The notes beneath the pieces are model-generated. The model did not search any database. It was given only the letters and a program-made list of their open reading frames with translations, and was not told where the DNA came from. This document shows positions 13,201-27,100 of a stretch of 64,000 nucleotides of DNA, one piece after another; the first letter of the stretch is position 1; each line of letters begins with the position of its first letter. This DNA comes from Lytechinus pictus (Eukaryota), in NCBI RefSeq assembly GCF_037042905.1, contig NC_087252.1, positions 24,554,001 through 24,618,000 on the forward strand. Reading direction: 5' to 3'. A program made the translations under genes and the position numbers.

Positions 13201-16200
13201 TTAGTATTGTTTAGTAACTAGTTGTAGTAGTAGTAGTCGTAGTAGTAGTAGTAGCAGCAGCAGCAGAAGCAGCAGTAGTAGTGTAGTAGTAGTAGTAAGA
13301 GTAGTAGTATTAGTAGTGATATACTAGTAGTAGAATTTAAGTAATATCATCATCAATTTCATCATCATCATCACCACCACCACGGCACCACCATCATCAT
13401 CATCCTCTTCATGATTGACATTATCAACATTTATTACCATGATGAAATTTCCTTTTTCAGAGATCCTTGAATATGCCACGACAGTAATTGGCATCGACCC
13501 GGAGACAGAACCTCATTTGATGTGGATAGCTCGGGAAGGGATCAGTGCTCCACTACCAGCAGATTGGAAACCATGGTAAAAGCTTCTTCCGAGTAATTAG
13601 TTATTAAAGGGAAATTATGTTATCATATTTGGGCTTGGAACTAACAAAATCCAGTACAGCGAAACCACTCCTTTTAACTGTGAACAGGACCCAGGGTCCC
13701 GTTGCATAAGTTAATATTATGGTAACTATGCCATCCTATGGTGACTTTCAAGGAATTCTTGATTTTGATTGGCTGATGAGCATTGTTACCATCATGGTAC
13801 TTACATGTACCATTGGATGGCAAAGTTGTCATAATAGCAACCTTTATGCAACGGGACCCGGGTTTACAGACAGCCTTTTTACAAAAGCAAGTCATTCTTG
13901 TGTTCACCATGGCATCTTTGTGTAAACTCAACAGAAATTATGTCTCTGATTTTGAGAATGATAGGGGCCAAATAGTGCCATGTTTACAATCATAATATTA
14001 ATGATAGCTGGATTTATATAGCGCCTCTTGCCTGAGGATACAAAGCACTTGCTATTATTACCCTGGCCTTAGCTCGAGCTACCATCACCAGCGCTCAGTG
14101 CATGCAAGGAATTAATCCTGCCGGGTACCCATTCACCTCACCTGGGTCAAGTGCAGCACAGTATGGATGAATTTCTTGCTGAAGGTGTTCAACCCCCCCC
14201 TTTAATTTTTTTGATACACCCCCCCCCCCCCCCCTGCTAAATTTGTGTTGAAAATTTTTTGGGGGGTACAAAACGACTTCAAATTTTTGGTGAAGAGCTT
14301 TTTTTTTTGCTTGTCAACTTTTCATTCAGCTTGAAACCGCCCCCTTCCTTTCAAAAATCCTGCGTACTTCTGCTGCAATGGAATAATTTTGATTCGTGTT
14401 TGAAATTCATTTCTTAGCCAAGACACTTCCGGTGGGGACATCTACTACTTCAACTTCACCAGCGGTGAGAGCACCTGGGACCACCCCTGCGATGAGTTCT
14501 ACAGGAAGATGGTCCAGGAGGAGAGGGACAAGCCGAAACCGGCGGGAGGTTCGGGAGGGCCTGGAAAGAAGGAAGGGAAGAAGAAGAAAGAGAAGAAGGA
14601 GAAGAAAGATGCGGGGAAGAAGAGCCAAGGCACATCTTCTGTATGTATCTAATGAAATGATTATTTCGATAATATGCATTTATTGATACCACACTCTAAA
14701 GGAGAATGTAAACCTTGAAACCAGTCCTAGCCTGTTCTAATTTTCCTCTTTTTTTCATTTTTCTTTTTCTTTTTTTTTTTCTTTTGAGATACAAGCTTTG
14801 CATTGAATAAAAAGTCTGGCATACTTTTTAATTTATATTAAACCTTGAAACCAGTCCTAGCCTGTTCTAATTTTCCTCTTTTTTTTTCTTTTTCTTTTTT
14901 TTTTCTTTTGAGATACAAGCTTTGCATTGAATAAAAAGTCTGGCATACTTTTTAATTTATATTAAACCTTGAAACCAGTCCTAGCCTGTTCTAATTTTCC
15001 TCTTTTTTTTCTTTTTCTTTTTTTTTTCTTTTGAGATACAAGCTTTGCATTGAATAAAAAGTCCGGCATACTTTTTAATTTATATGTTGTGTGTTAAAGG
15101 ACCCTGTTGATATTCAGGTGTCCTCATTTTACTGCTCTTAAATAATCAATTTCACTCTGCATGTACATGTAACTTCTCATTGATTTTTATTTTACAGTCT
15201 CTTGGTCCCCTGAAAGACAGTGCGCTAGGATCACCCCTAGGAAGTCTGAAAGGCACGGGTCATCTTGGTACCCTGGGCACCCTGCAAGATCCAGGCAGCA
15301 CTCTTGGGTCAACGTCAGGGGTAAGATAGTATAAAATATCAACTGTTTCAGTCAACTGTTTCAGTGCATTGAGGGACAAATATTTGATATTAGTGCCCAG
15401 TAATTATCCAATTGTAGGCAGTTCTTTGGTCTAGGTTCACCCCAGGTGAATCTAAAAGGCACTTGTCATCCCGGTACTGCTGGGACCCCACAAGTCTCAG
15501 GTAGCAGTCTAGGCTTAACATCAGTGTTAAGATAGTATAAGATAAGACAGTCCCTTGGTCTAATGTCACCCCCAGGAAGTCTGAAAGGCACTGGTCACCT
15601 TGGTTAGTCTGGCACTCTACAAGAGTCAGGTAGCAGTCTAGGCTCATAGCATTGAATATCAACTGTTTTAATGCATTGTGGGTCAAATAGTACATATTAT
15701 TACCCAGTAACTACCCTATTGTAGGCAGTCCCTTGGTACCATGAATTGCCCTGCTCCAGAATCACCCCTAAGGAGTATTAAAGTTACTTAAAAGTACTAC
15801 ATACAGTAAAAGATCTAGCAAGTACTTTTGGCTCAATATTAAGGGAGAGATAGTATATTTATGGTTGATGATAATAATAATAACTTAGTCTTATATAGCG
15901 CTTTTCATGAAATCCATATCAAAGCGCTTTACAATGTAAAACATACGAAATATACAAACAAAAGTGAAATTACAAATCAAATAACTAAAAATTAAAAAAT
16001 ATCAAGGACTCTGTAAATGGGGCTATGTTGAATATGCTTTCTTCATGAGGTACATCTTTAAATTGGATCAAAATGATGTGATATTTGGGATACAACGGAG
16101 GGAAGCTGGAAGAGTGTTCCAAAGACGTGGGGCAGAGCTTGAAAAGGACCTACATGTATCACCAAAAAGTCTAATTTTTGCTTTTTCGACTGTTAAGAAA

Positions 16201-19200
16201 TTTTGATTTGCAGAACGAAGGGATCTACTGGGAGTATATGCCTGGATTAATTCAGAGAGATATTTTGGAGCATGTCCATGAAGAGATTTTAATGTTAGGA
16301 GTAGAATTTTGAATTGTATACGAAATTTAATGGGGAGCCGGTGCATAAGAGTAGGTGTTACATGGTCATGTTTTTTAGTGAGGGAAACTAGACGGGCTGC
16401 AGAATTTTGAATTCTCTGCAGCTTAGAAGTATCCTTTTCTGGAATTCCATGGAGCAGGCTATTGCAACTGTCAAGAAGTGAACTAATAAATGCATGAATG
16501 AGGACTTCAGTAGATGACTTAGACAGATATTTACGAATTTTTCTTAGGGCGAAGGATGCTTTACGACAGATGCTGTTGACATGGGGACGCATTGAAAAGT
16601 TTTTATCAAACAAAACACCTAAGTTAGTGACCATTTTAGAGGGATGTATATGAACATTTGTAATTCGAATTGGAGGTAGCTCAGGGGTATGTCTACGATG
16701 GGAGGAGATATGCAGGACTTCAATCTTGTTATCGTTAAGGAGTAGATAGTTCACAGTCATCCAGGAACGAATGGCACCAAGACAATCTTCCAGTTTCTGC
16801 AACATTCGGAGAACTTGTCCAGACTTGAATGAGATATATAATTGTGTGATATTGTGAATTGTAATTTTTGTTCTGCTTTATTAGAGTACATGAAATCTTT
16901 TGCATCTTTTTTTCAGAAGAAAGACACAGGCTTCCTGAAGAAGTCCCTGGATACCAAGTCATTGTCTTTAGCAGGCAATAGGGAGGAGAATATACAGATG
17001 TTGCCAGAATTCTCAGAAGACGTAAGATATTCATAGTATTTCGTTCAAATTATAAAAATTATAGTCCACATACTAAGTATGTTATCTGATCGTTGAAAAA
17101 TGAAAGATTGTAGTTCTTTCCGTCAAACACCCGGGGTCCTGTTTCATAGACACTTGTTATGCACAATTTCTGCAACAAATTTACTATCAGCCAATCAGAT
17201 TGAAGGATTCAGTAACTTTAAAATTCTATTGTAAATTTGATATTATAGCAAGTTTTATGAATTTGACCCCGATCTCTAATAAAATCAATTCATTTTGATC
17301 TTCAAAGTGATAACAAATATTTTCCTTATCTGGAGTGTGCGCAAAATGAAAAGTGCATTGCACTGAATACTATCAATAAATAAAAAAAGTTGGTTGTACC
17401 TTGTACTATCTCACCAATATCAATAGCAAGCAAGTATATCACTCTCATGGTTAAAGTATATAAGGTGTTAAGCCCAGAAGAGATTAAGCTTCTTATAAGC
17501 TCTGTTTTAATATGACCATTTTAGTTGGGCATCATCTTAAAGCTTTATTTAGCTCTAAATATACTCCCATTTCATTAGTTTCTGATGTGGAATATAAAAC
17601 AAATAATCACATTCTCTTTATAGTGAAGACAATCTATCACTTTGTAGGTGATATGTATATACATGTATGCTATCTTACCTCATCTTTGATTTGCTTCTTG
17701 ATCCTCAACTTTTCATTCGTTCCTCATATTTGTTTTCAAAGATAGCAACAATATACAGTTAATCACAAGGAGTAAGATCTTTCTTCTGTAAGTGCAAATG
17801 AAAAAGAAGAAAAAATGACTAACGTTTAATTTTCATCTTTGACTAGAAGCAAGTATATTTGGAGCAGAGAAAGGATCAAGTTTGTCTGCATATCTAGATG
17901 TATTTTTATATTTTTTCCCCTTTTGCTGAACAGGAGCCAACTCCAAGATTAAATCTAGATCTTGATCTTCAAGATATTGGCCAGCTGGGTTACGAGGTAA
18001 AGAGTCTTCAAAATGTTTTTTTTTTTCATAATATATATATATATATACCTGTATGAAAATAACGATCCAGATTGCATGTGTTAAAATTGATAAAAAGGGA
18101 ATAGTGACATCACCTCTTTAACCCTAAAAGGACTGGGCGAAGCGTCGAGGGGGGCCATCATGCCCCCCCCTCGACGCTTCGCCCGATATTTCCGAAACGC
18201 AAAGAGATAGCGCCGCAAAATTTTATGACTTTTTTCTTTAAAGTACCGCGCAACTTTTGAGACCAAATACGCGACATACGGGTATACCACCGGGACGTCA
18301 CGTGACTTTTTACGATGCAATGTCATGCCGAAAATGGCTTATTTTTATACTTTGTGTACAAAGTCTATGGGAGATGAAATTCATAAAAGGGTGATTATTT
18401 TTCATTCTAATTGGTCTGCTGAATTGATTTAGGGTTTAATTTAGTTGTAAAATGGTCTGTAATAATTTCCATTGAAAAAAACAATGAAAAACAAAGAAAT
18501 ACATTGACTTTTGCCATTTTTCTTTGTGGAAACCTTTAAATTAGATCAAAAAGATGACATCTGCAAAAAAGAAGAAAATTTGAATTGAAATAGGGTGTTA
18601 AATATGCAAATAGTGTTTTTCACCCCCCGTCGATACGTCTCAAATAGCCCAGTCCTTTTAGGGTTAAAGGGTTAATTTGTAACAACATGCATTGAAATTT
18701 TCCACCAAAATAATGCAAAACTTTCAAATTAGAAACTGTTTCTGATTATGATGATTTTCAATGTTTTATATGTTCTTGAATTCAAAGTGTATGTATTGCA
18801 TTCGTATTACAGGGTAAGATCACAATAAGTGCAAATTTTTTAAAAACGTTATATTCAATGTGAATGCTATGTATTTATTTTGATGACAGGAATCAGAAGC
18901 AAGCGAACCGGCCTTAAAGCATCTTCACCCTTCTGACGATGAAAGCGACGAAGATGATGTCAATGTGGTAAGCATTGTGCTGCTGATGATGAAGGTGGTG
19001 ATGATGATGATGATGGGGATGAAAATGGTGGCAATTGTGATGATGATGATGATGGTGATGATAAAGAAGAAGATGATTGTGGTGGTCATAATGATAATGA
19101 GAATGGTAATGATGATAGCGATGGTGATGATTATGACGATGGTGGTGATGATGATTAAGAAGATGAAAATAATGATGACAAAGATGAATTTGATGGTGAT

Positions 19201-21130
19201 TGTGATGATGGTGATGGTGATGGTGATGATGATGAAATGACGATGGTGATTAAGTTGATGATAATGATGATAATGGTTGTGATTATGATGATCTCAACTC
19301 TCGATTCATACAAAACTTCTCTACCTTGTATTAATATGTATCGTGTATTTTCTCCCATTCTTATTATCGAGGACCAAGATGAAAACCAGCTGTTACTGAT
19401 CCTATTATCCTGGCTTTTTTTATATTAATAAATGAATTAAAAGACTAATAATTTACATCACATTTCTCTTTGCCCATACATCTAAATTTTTACCAGGTGG
19501 GTGTTTCATAAAGCAGTTTATACAGCTGTGAATGACTTTGCACACGATTGGTGAGCCTTTCTTGGAAGCTAAATGAACACCAATGAAAATTTGAGGTATA
19601 TCATACACCATGAGAAAGGGTCACCAGTCTTGCATAAAGTTGTGCATAACTTATTAAGATCTTTATGAAACAGCTTCCTTTTTCTAAGTTTTTAGGGGTA
19701 TTAAAGTAATTGCAGAATGATTTATTTTGTTTGTTTGTTTGTTTATGTATCGTTTTTTAATTGTTTATATATCATATATTTTTCGTCTTTGTGTATATTT
19801 ACATGTATTGTTAAAGCCATTGGAAACCAAATTTCTTTGTATGCATACATTGACCAATAAAATAATCTTGAGTCTTGAAACCGAAAATCTTGATTGAAAT
19901 TCCTTTGATTCAATCTCACAGGACTTTGGTATTGATGCCAATCTCTCCAAGCGTCTCGGTCTAATGGACGCAGATAGCCTCATGCCAGCTACCAGTCCAG
20001 ATCCACCTAAATCAAGGGTAGGTTTCTGCAAAAGAAAAAAAAAGTTTGAGAAACTTGATAAAATTCTGATACAGGTAGTGATGGTGTTTTTCCCTTTACC
20101 GGTTTACAAGTAAAAACATAAAATCTGTTTTGGTTCTGTACTTTTCATGTGAAAATTCATGGAATTTACCTTTGCAAAATGGAATTCATGTGTTTGCTAT
20201 GTACACTTTGCTGTATATTAGAAATGACTGAACTGTGGTTCTGACTACGCAAATCAAATGAATGAATCATATTTTTTTTCTGTTGAATTACCAAGTTTGT
20301 AAGAAAAACCTGTTGTATTTCATATAGGTTTCTATCTGTGAAAGTTACTATTGGAATACTGATTCTCAATGAATTTGTCATCAACAGGATTAACAAACTG
20401 TATGAATGTATGTCATAGTTTATTTCATTATCAATGAAAAAATTAATGCAAATACATGTATGTATCATATTTACATAAAGTTTCATTGCATTGTTGAGGT
20501 ATAACTAATAACAATGGTTTATAAATAATTGTAATGAATTGTTGGTTGCCAGATGTACTTTCAATTTAAAATGGAAATATTTATGTTCCTTTCATGAAAT
20601 ACACATTGAAAGAGATAACATACTATTTGCAAATGTGTGGATTGTTTTTGTGTTTGTGTTAGTCTCCAATATATTTTTGATTTTTTTTTCCCCTTCTCAG
20701 TTTTTAAAGAGTTCAAAAAAGGAAGCAGAGAAAGGGCCATCCTCTAGACCGCCTTTGTCCCTGGAATCTTCATTAGACAGCCCTCGGGTACCAGATCTAG
20801 GCTACTCAGGAACAAAGGTAATGATGAGGGGAACGAGGAGGAAGATGACAGTGATAGTGATGATGATGGTGATGATGATGAGGAGGAGGAGGATGGTGGT
20901 GATGGTGATGATGAGGATGATGATAACGATAGTGGTAGTTATGGTGGTGGTGGTGATGATGATGATAATGATGGCAATTACAAAGGTGATGATGATAAGG
21001 ATGATAATGATGATGTCGATAGTGATAGTGATGATGATGTTCATGATGACGATGATAAGGATGATACTGATGATGTCAATGGTGATGTTGATGATGATGG
21101 TGTTGGTGTTGGTGATGGTGATGATGATGG

Positions 21131-21161
<31 letters not shown>

Positions 21162-24100
21162 GATGGTGTTGGTGATATTGTGGTGATGATGATGTTGATG
21201 GTGTTGGTGATGGTGATGATGATCATGATGATCATGATGGTGATGATGATGGTTATGGTGATTATGCTACTGATGCTGCTGCTGATGATGCTAGTCATGA
21301 CATCGCTAGTGATGAAACAAAAATTAATTTTGAATGTAATAATAATTATGATGATGGTGGTGTAGGTAATGAAGATTATGAGGATAACACAATTTTCAAG
21401 CTGAAGATGGTGATTTTAATCAATTTTTTTTCTTTCTTCTCAGATGGGTGGTGGCACGTTCCCCTCTCTTGGTTCCTTGGCACCATCCTCTGCAGCTCAT
21501 CTTCCAAAACTCGACAATGAGAAACTTCAGAGAGAAGCTAGAGAAGAAGAAGAGAAACTCAGGGCTAGCATGGAGCAAAGTTTACAGTCAAAGTAAGTGT
21601 TTATCTTTTCATATCCTTTCATTTCCAGAATGAAATAAGTAAAAGATACTATGTAAAAAGATGTATCTTGATGTTGGTTTTATTTTCATTACCTCTGTCA
21701 CTGTTTCTCTTGATCTTTGAATCTTTTCTTTGAAAAATAATAAAACTATGGACCCTGGGTAGCCACTTCAGATCCGAAATCTATTCTCCCAGCTTGCCCT
21801 GCTTAACATGATAATGTTATTATTACACCAGCCTGAGCTGGGCTTCCTACAGTAGGTGCTCAAGTTGAAGGGATTTCTTCCTACCGGGTACCCATTTACT
21901 ACACCTTGGAGGAGAATGGCAAATGTCATATTTTCTGATCATATTTTACTTTCAGGAGAGTAGATATGGAGAAAGATCTGAAAAGGAGCTTGAAGCCGAG
22001 GAGACGACACTACGTAAGGCAGCAGGAGAAAAGACTAAAGCTGATAGGTCTATGATAGTTGTGCCAGTGTTCATCTTTTGTATGATTTTTCATATTCAGG
22101 AGAGCTGAGATGGAGAAGGATTTTGAGAAGGAGCTTGAAGCGGAGGAGGCGACACTACGCAAGGAGCAGGAGAAAGGCTAAAGCAGAAGCTGATATGTCT
22201 GTAATTGTGCTAGTCTTCATCTTTCAAATAATTCTTCATTTACAGGAGAGCAGAGATGGTGAAAGATTTTGAGAAGGAGCTTGAAGCGGAGGAGGCGACA
22301 CTACGCAAGGAGCAGGAGAAAGGCTAAAGCAGAAGCTGATATGTCTGTAATTGCGCTAGTCTTCATCTTTCAAATAATTCTTCATTTACAGGAGAGCAGA
22401 GATGGTGAAAGATTTTGAGAAGGAGCTTGAAGCGGAGGAGGCGACAATACGCAAGGAGCAGGAGAAAGGCTAAAGCAGAAGCTGATATGTCTGTAATTGC
22501 GCTAGTCTTCATCTTTCATATAATTCTTCACTTACAGGAGAGCAGAGATGGAGAAAGATTTTGAGAAGGAGCTTGAAGCGGAGGAGGCGACACTATGCAA
22601 GGAGCAGGAGAAAGGCTAAAGCAGAAGCTGATATGTCTGTAATTGCGCTAGTCTTCATCTTTCATATAATTCTTCACTTACAGGAGAGCAGAGATGGAGA
22701 AAGATTTTGAGAAGGAGCTTGAAGCGGAGGAGGCGACACTACGCAAGGAGCAGGAGAAAGGCTAAAGCAGGAGCTGATATGTCTTTAATTGTGCTAGTCT
22801 TCATCTTTCATATAATTCTTCATTTACAGGAGAGCAGAGATGGAGAACGATTTTGAGAAGGAGCTTGAAGCGGAGGAGGCGACACTGCGCAAGGAGCAGG
22901 AGAAATCCCTGAAGCTGATGAGGGAGCGTCTGGAGAAGGAGCTGGAGGATGCCAAGCTGGAGCTCCTGGAGGACAAAGAGGATCATCTACGGCAGCTTAA
23001 AGAGGAAGCTCATAAGGAGGAGGAGAAGGAAGAGGAGGCATTGGAAAAGGAGAAGGCCAAGAGTATCAGGTTAGATTTAGAATTATTTATGAAAGTTTCT
23101 CTTAAAAAAAAAAATCATTTTTGCCCATTGTAATGAGGCGTTGCATAATGTTGGAATCAATAGCAAGTATATTTTGTATCCAAAAAGTAATCATACTCTA
23201 CGTCTGGCAATCCAATTGCGAATTGGCACTTGATTGCTACTCTGCTTATTGCAACAATGCGTGTACATTGATGATTCCTAGTTAAAATTGATCTATCGAT
23301 CATAAAATTGCAACAAAAATTTGCTATTGATTGCAAATATTTTATTGCAACACAAGAATGACAGTGAGGAGGATGTAGTGAAGTGAAACCTGCATGTGAA
23401 GACCACTGAAAGCTAAATGTAAATATGAAAGAACAATTCTGATTGGGTTCTGGTCTGTGTTGTGAGCAAAATGTACATGGAATGATGATCTCGATTGGCC
23501 AAATCCATCTGCTTGGCTTTCATCGTGTCTGCAGAAGCTACATGTATATCATCACTTTTTCAAAGATAAAGTGCTGTTTTAAAAGTAAAAGAAAGTAGTT
23601 GCAGCAAATAATTATTTCATGAGGAAGTCTTTAAAATCAAGGTTAATTGATACCATATTATCATAGACCTAGATCTGTTACATTTAAATAAACTTATCTT
23701 TGTGAAATCATGAAATCTTAGCTGAAAACGGATAATTCTGATGATCACCAACCTAAAAAGGCATATGTGGGACAGTGTAATAATATTGCTTGGAAAGATA
23801 CCAGAAATTTTATGGAATTCTGTGCTTATATTGTTCATTTCTCAGCATGCAATTACACATTCTTTCCCAGAGTCTTTTGGCACATATTTTTTTATTAATA
23901 CAAACACTGGGGTGGTCATTTATTGGATTCTGTGTGAACCCATTTTGAGACTGTTACCACAACTGGCATTTATCTTTAAGCTTTATTATTCTAAATGATA
24001 TCTAAATTAAATGCTTGACTCTAATTACTTGATTTTTCCTTTGTTAGTGATCTGAGGAAGAGGGTAAAAGAGGAGACGGAGGAGGAGGAAGCAATGTTGA

Positions 24101-27100
24101 TGGAAGGAAAGTCAGATGCCCTCCGGAAGCTGAAAGAGACCATCAAGAAAGAACAACAGACTGAAGAGGATAAAATCAGGTTGGTTAGAGCATCTCAAAG
24201 ATAATTTGATGGTGGCTGCCTATGTTTACTCTCTGTGTGCGACAAGGAAAATTGGAAGATACTCATTAATAATAATGATAATACATATGATTTATGTAGC
24301 GTCTTTTCCATTTTGATTAAATGCTCAAGGCGCTTAGAAGATAGCAAAACATAAAAGTAAAGAGAACTAAGAGAAGTACAAGAAAGGGTAAATTACAAAT
24401 GAGGAAAAATGTCTGTCTTCAAACCTAGTTCCTGCTGGTGAACAAATGCAATTTTAGGTGGCCCTTAAAGGATGTTGCAGAGTTCTTCAGCTCCTGTGGT
24501 AGTGAATTCCACAGGGCTGGTCTGGCATGAGCAAAGGCTCGATCGCCCCAGGATTCAAAGCTGTTGTGAGTAAAGAGAGGCCAATTCATGCCGACTGTTG
24601 AAATACAATTTCAAGAAGTTTGAATATCAAGTTATCTTTCACTGGGAACCTACATGTATGTGGAAAATCGGTGCAATATTATTTTTCAATCATCTTACAG
24701 GGAAGCGAAGGACAAGGCATTGAAGAGTCTCAGGGATGAGGTTAGGGAGCTCCGAGAGAAAGAAGAGGAGAAACTGGAAGAAGAGAAGAAGAAGGTGATG
24801 GATAGGATTAAGAAGGAGGCGGCGTCTTACCAGGAGGAGAAGATGGCCGATTTGAAGAAGGGACATGAAATGGTGAGTCTAAAAAAATAATACATATGAT
24901 CGGGGGCCCGTAACACAAAAGGTTAGCAATCAATTGTACACTTGATTTTAACGATTGATTGTACATTGTAGTCAATGGAATCAATCATAGAAAAATGTTC
25001 TACGATCATTGCTTAGCTTTGTGTTACGAGCCCCTGGGCTCCGTAACACAAAGATTTACGATGAATTGCAAATATGAAAGAAGCGCACTGATTGGTTCTT
25101 GGACATTATTTTGAACCAAATGAGCATGTAACATTGATATTGTTTGGTCAGTTCATTTAGCGATTGATCGCTAATCTTTGTGTTACGGAGCCTAGTAGAG
25201 GAAATACATGATGGCGACGGGCGATTTCGCCCTCATGACAGCCAAAATCACTTTCATACTTGCGAAAGGGAATGCTTTGGACTGACCATCTTTTCTATAG
25301 TTGCCCCAATATCTGCCCCATCATTATTCAAGAACATAAAGAAGAAATTCTACATGCATGAGAATAAAGCTCTAAATAAATCTCACTGGGAAAAAAAGTA
25401 GCCCTTGAAATTAAATTAATAGCCCCCAAATTGCAGCCATCACCCCAAAATATGGCAAAAGTCATTACCTACATGTACACTGCATATGATGAATCAGTAA
25501 CTTCAGGTTTTTTTTAATTTATTTATATATTTGATTATCAATTCATATCAGTTCACATTATAAACTACCAAATACAAAAGACATTCTCTTTGTTATACAG
25601 TGCGTATCAAAAAAAAGTGTACACTTTGAAAAAGCCCTGGAAATTAAAAAATATACGACATGTGGGTAATCTTTCACATATAATCTTGGGTTTGGGTCTC
25701 ATCTTTCTAATGAAAGTAAAAGTTTTGAAAGAAAGTTACACTTGAGTGAGCACTGTCCATTTTTGTAAAGCTCACAGAAATCTGTTTGCGCAGAAATGCT
25801 TGTTTTCACGCTGTGTCAAGGGGAAAGGGCGAAATCAAACTTACCCTGCGAAACATTTCTCATACATTTCCCTTGCACTTTTAGTCAATTGAAATAAAAC
25901 GGATACATTCAAGCATTTTGTAACAATTTTGCCTCCCGAATCAAAATTTCAACACTTAGTAAGCACAACCTTGATCTGAGGACAACTGAATCTGAACAAA
26001 AGTTTAGACATCAGACATCTCCAGCAAGTTTTTATCATTTAAAGTGGGTTTACATTTCATTTTCATTTAATACATGTTTCGCCACACTTTTTCCAAGCTT
26101 GACAATGATTAACAAAATGAAAATCAAGCCTAAGCCATTTCATGTAACTCACCGCTCAGTGTAAAGCAGATATCGTCACGATGGCCTCGGTGAGTGGGGT
26201 GGGGGGGGGGGGTTAATGCACTCTTTGAAGTATTTTGGGCAAGGAAGCAAGTTTTAAAAGGTAAAAGATATCTTCAAATCAATTTTACTAGCTAAATTCC
26301 ACATGTTCTTCATGATTAAGGTCTACTTTTATTTGCATAACTTTTTCAAAGTTCTGCGCAAATCATTTTTCACTAACTTTGAACTTTCTAGTGTTAGTAA
26401 GTAATTGTTATAATTAGTAATAGTTATAGTACTGTTCCTTATATATTATATGTTATTGCCCAAAACCCAGTAAAACTCCTCGTGGATCAAAATACTACCC
26501 CAATTTTTGGCCAGTGCTCGTGAAAGTTGGCAGCAACATTGGTCTTTGGCTGAAAAACACATTATTCCCTTTTCCAAATGTGTTTGAAATTGTGTTGCCA
26601 TGGTAAAAGCATGTTATTGCCCAAAACCCTGCAAAACTACTTCCCCAGATTTTTTTACCATTGATCTTGAAATTTGGCGCAAACATTCATCTTGGGTAAG
26701 GACATGCAAGATTTACTTTCCAAGTGTGATGGAAAATGGGTTGCAATGGTAACGACATAGGGTGGGGGTATGAATCACCTTCAGTGATGTTTCTTAAATA
26801 TGTCATTATTTCACCAGGATTTAGACAAGCTGAAAGAAAAGCTCAAATCCGAGCAGCAATCTTCACTGGATGAGCTGAAGAAGACTTTTGAAGAGGAGAT
26901 TGAGAAAAAGAAGATCGAAGCTAGTCAAAAACACAAGAGGGTATGTACCTAATACATGTAGGTAGTCACTCACATTCATGCTACATGTATATGGGGTAAA
27001 CAAATGAACAGATGTGTGGGATAGCATAAGTGTGCAGTTTCCTTTGAATAGATTTTCTTTCATTTACTTTCATCATGATTTCATTTTGATAAGCTTATTA

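Noticed and set aside
18965..21365. Met/Val/Ile-rich ORFs at 18965-19428 and 20539-21365
   Set aside because: Microsatellite translations; only 20701-20817 is a real exon.
21925..22905. Regular array that might be read as CRISPR or as a coding repeat
   Set aside because: No unique spacers and a eukaryotic context; the 146-bp unit is not a multiple of 3 and contains stops.
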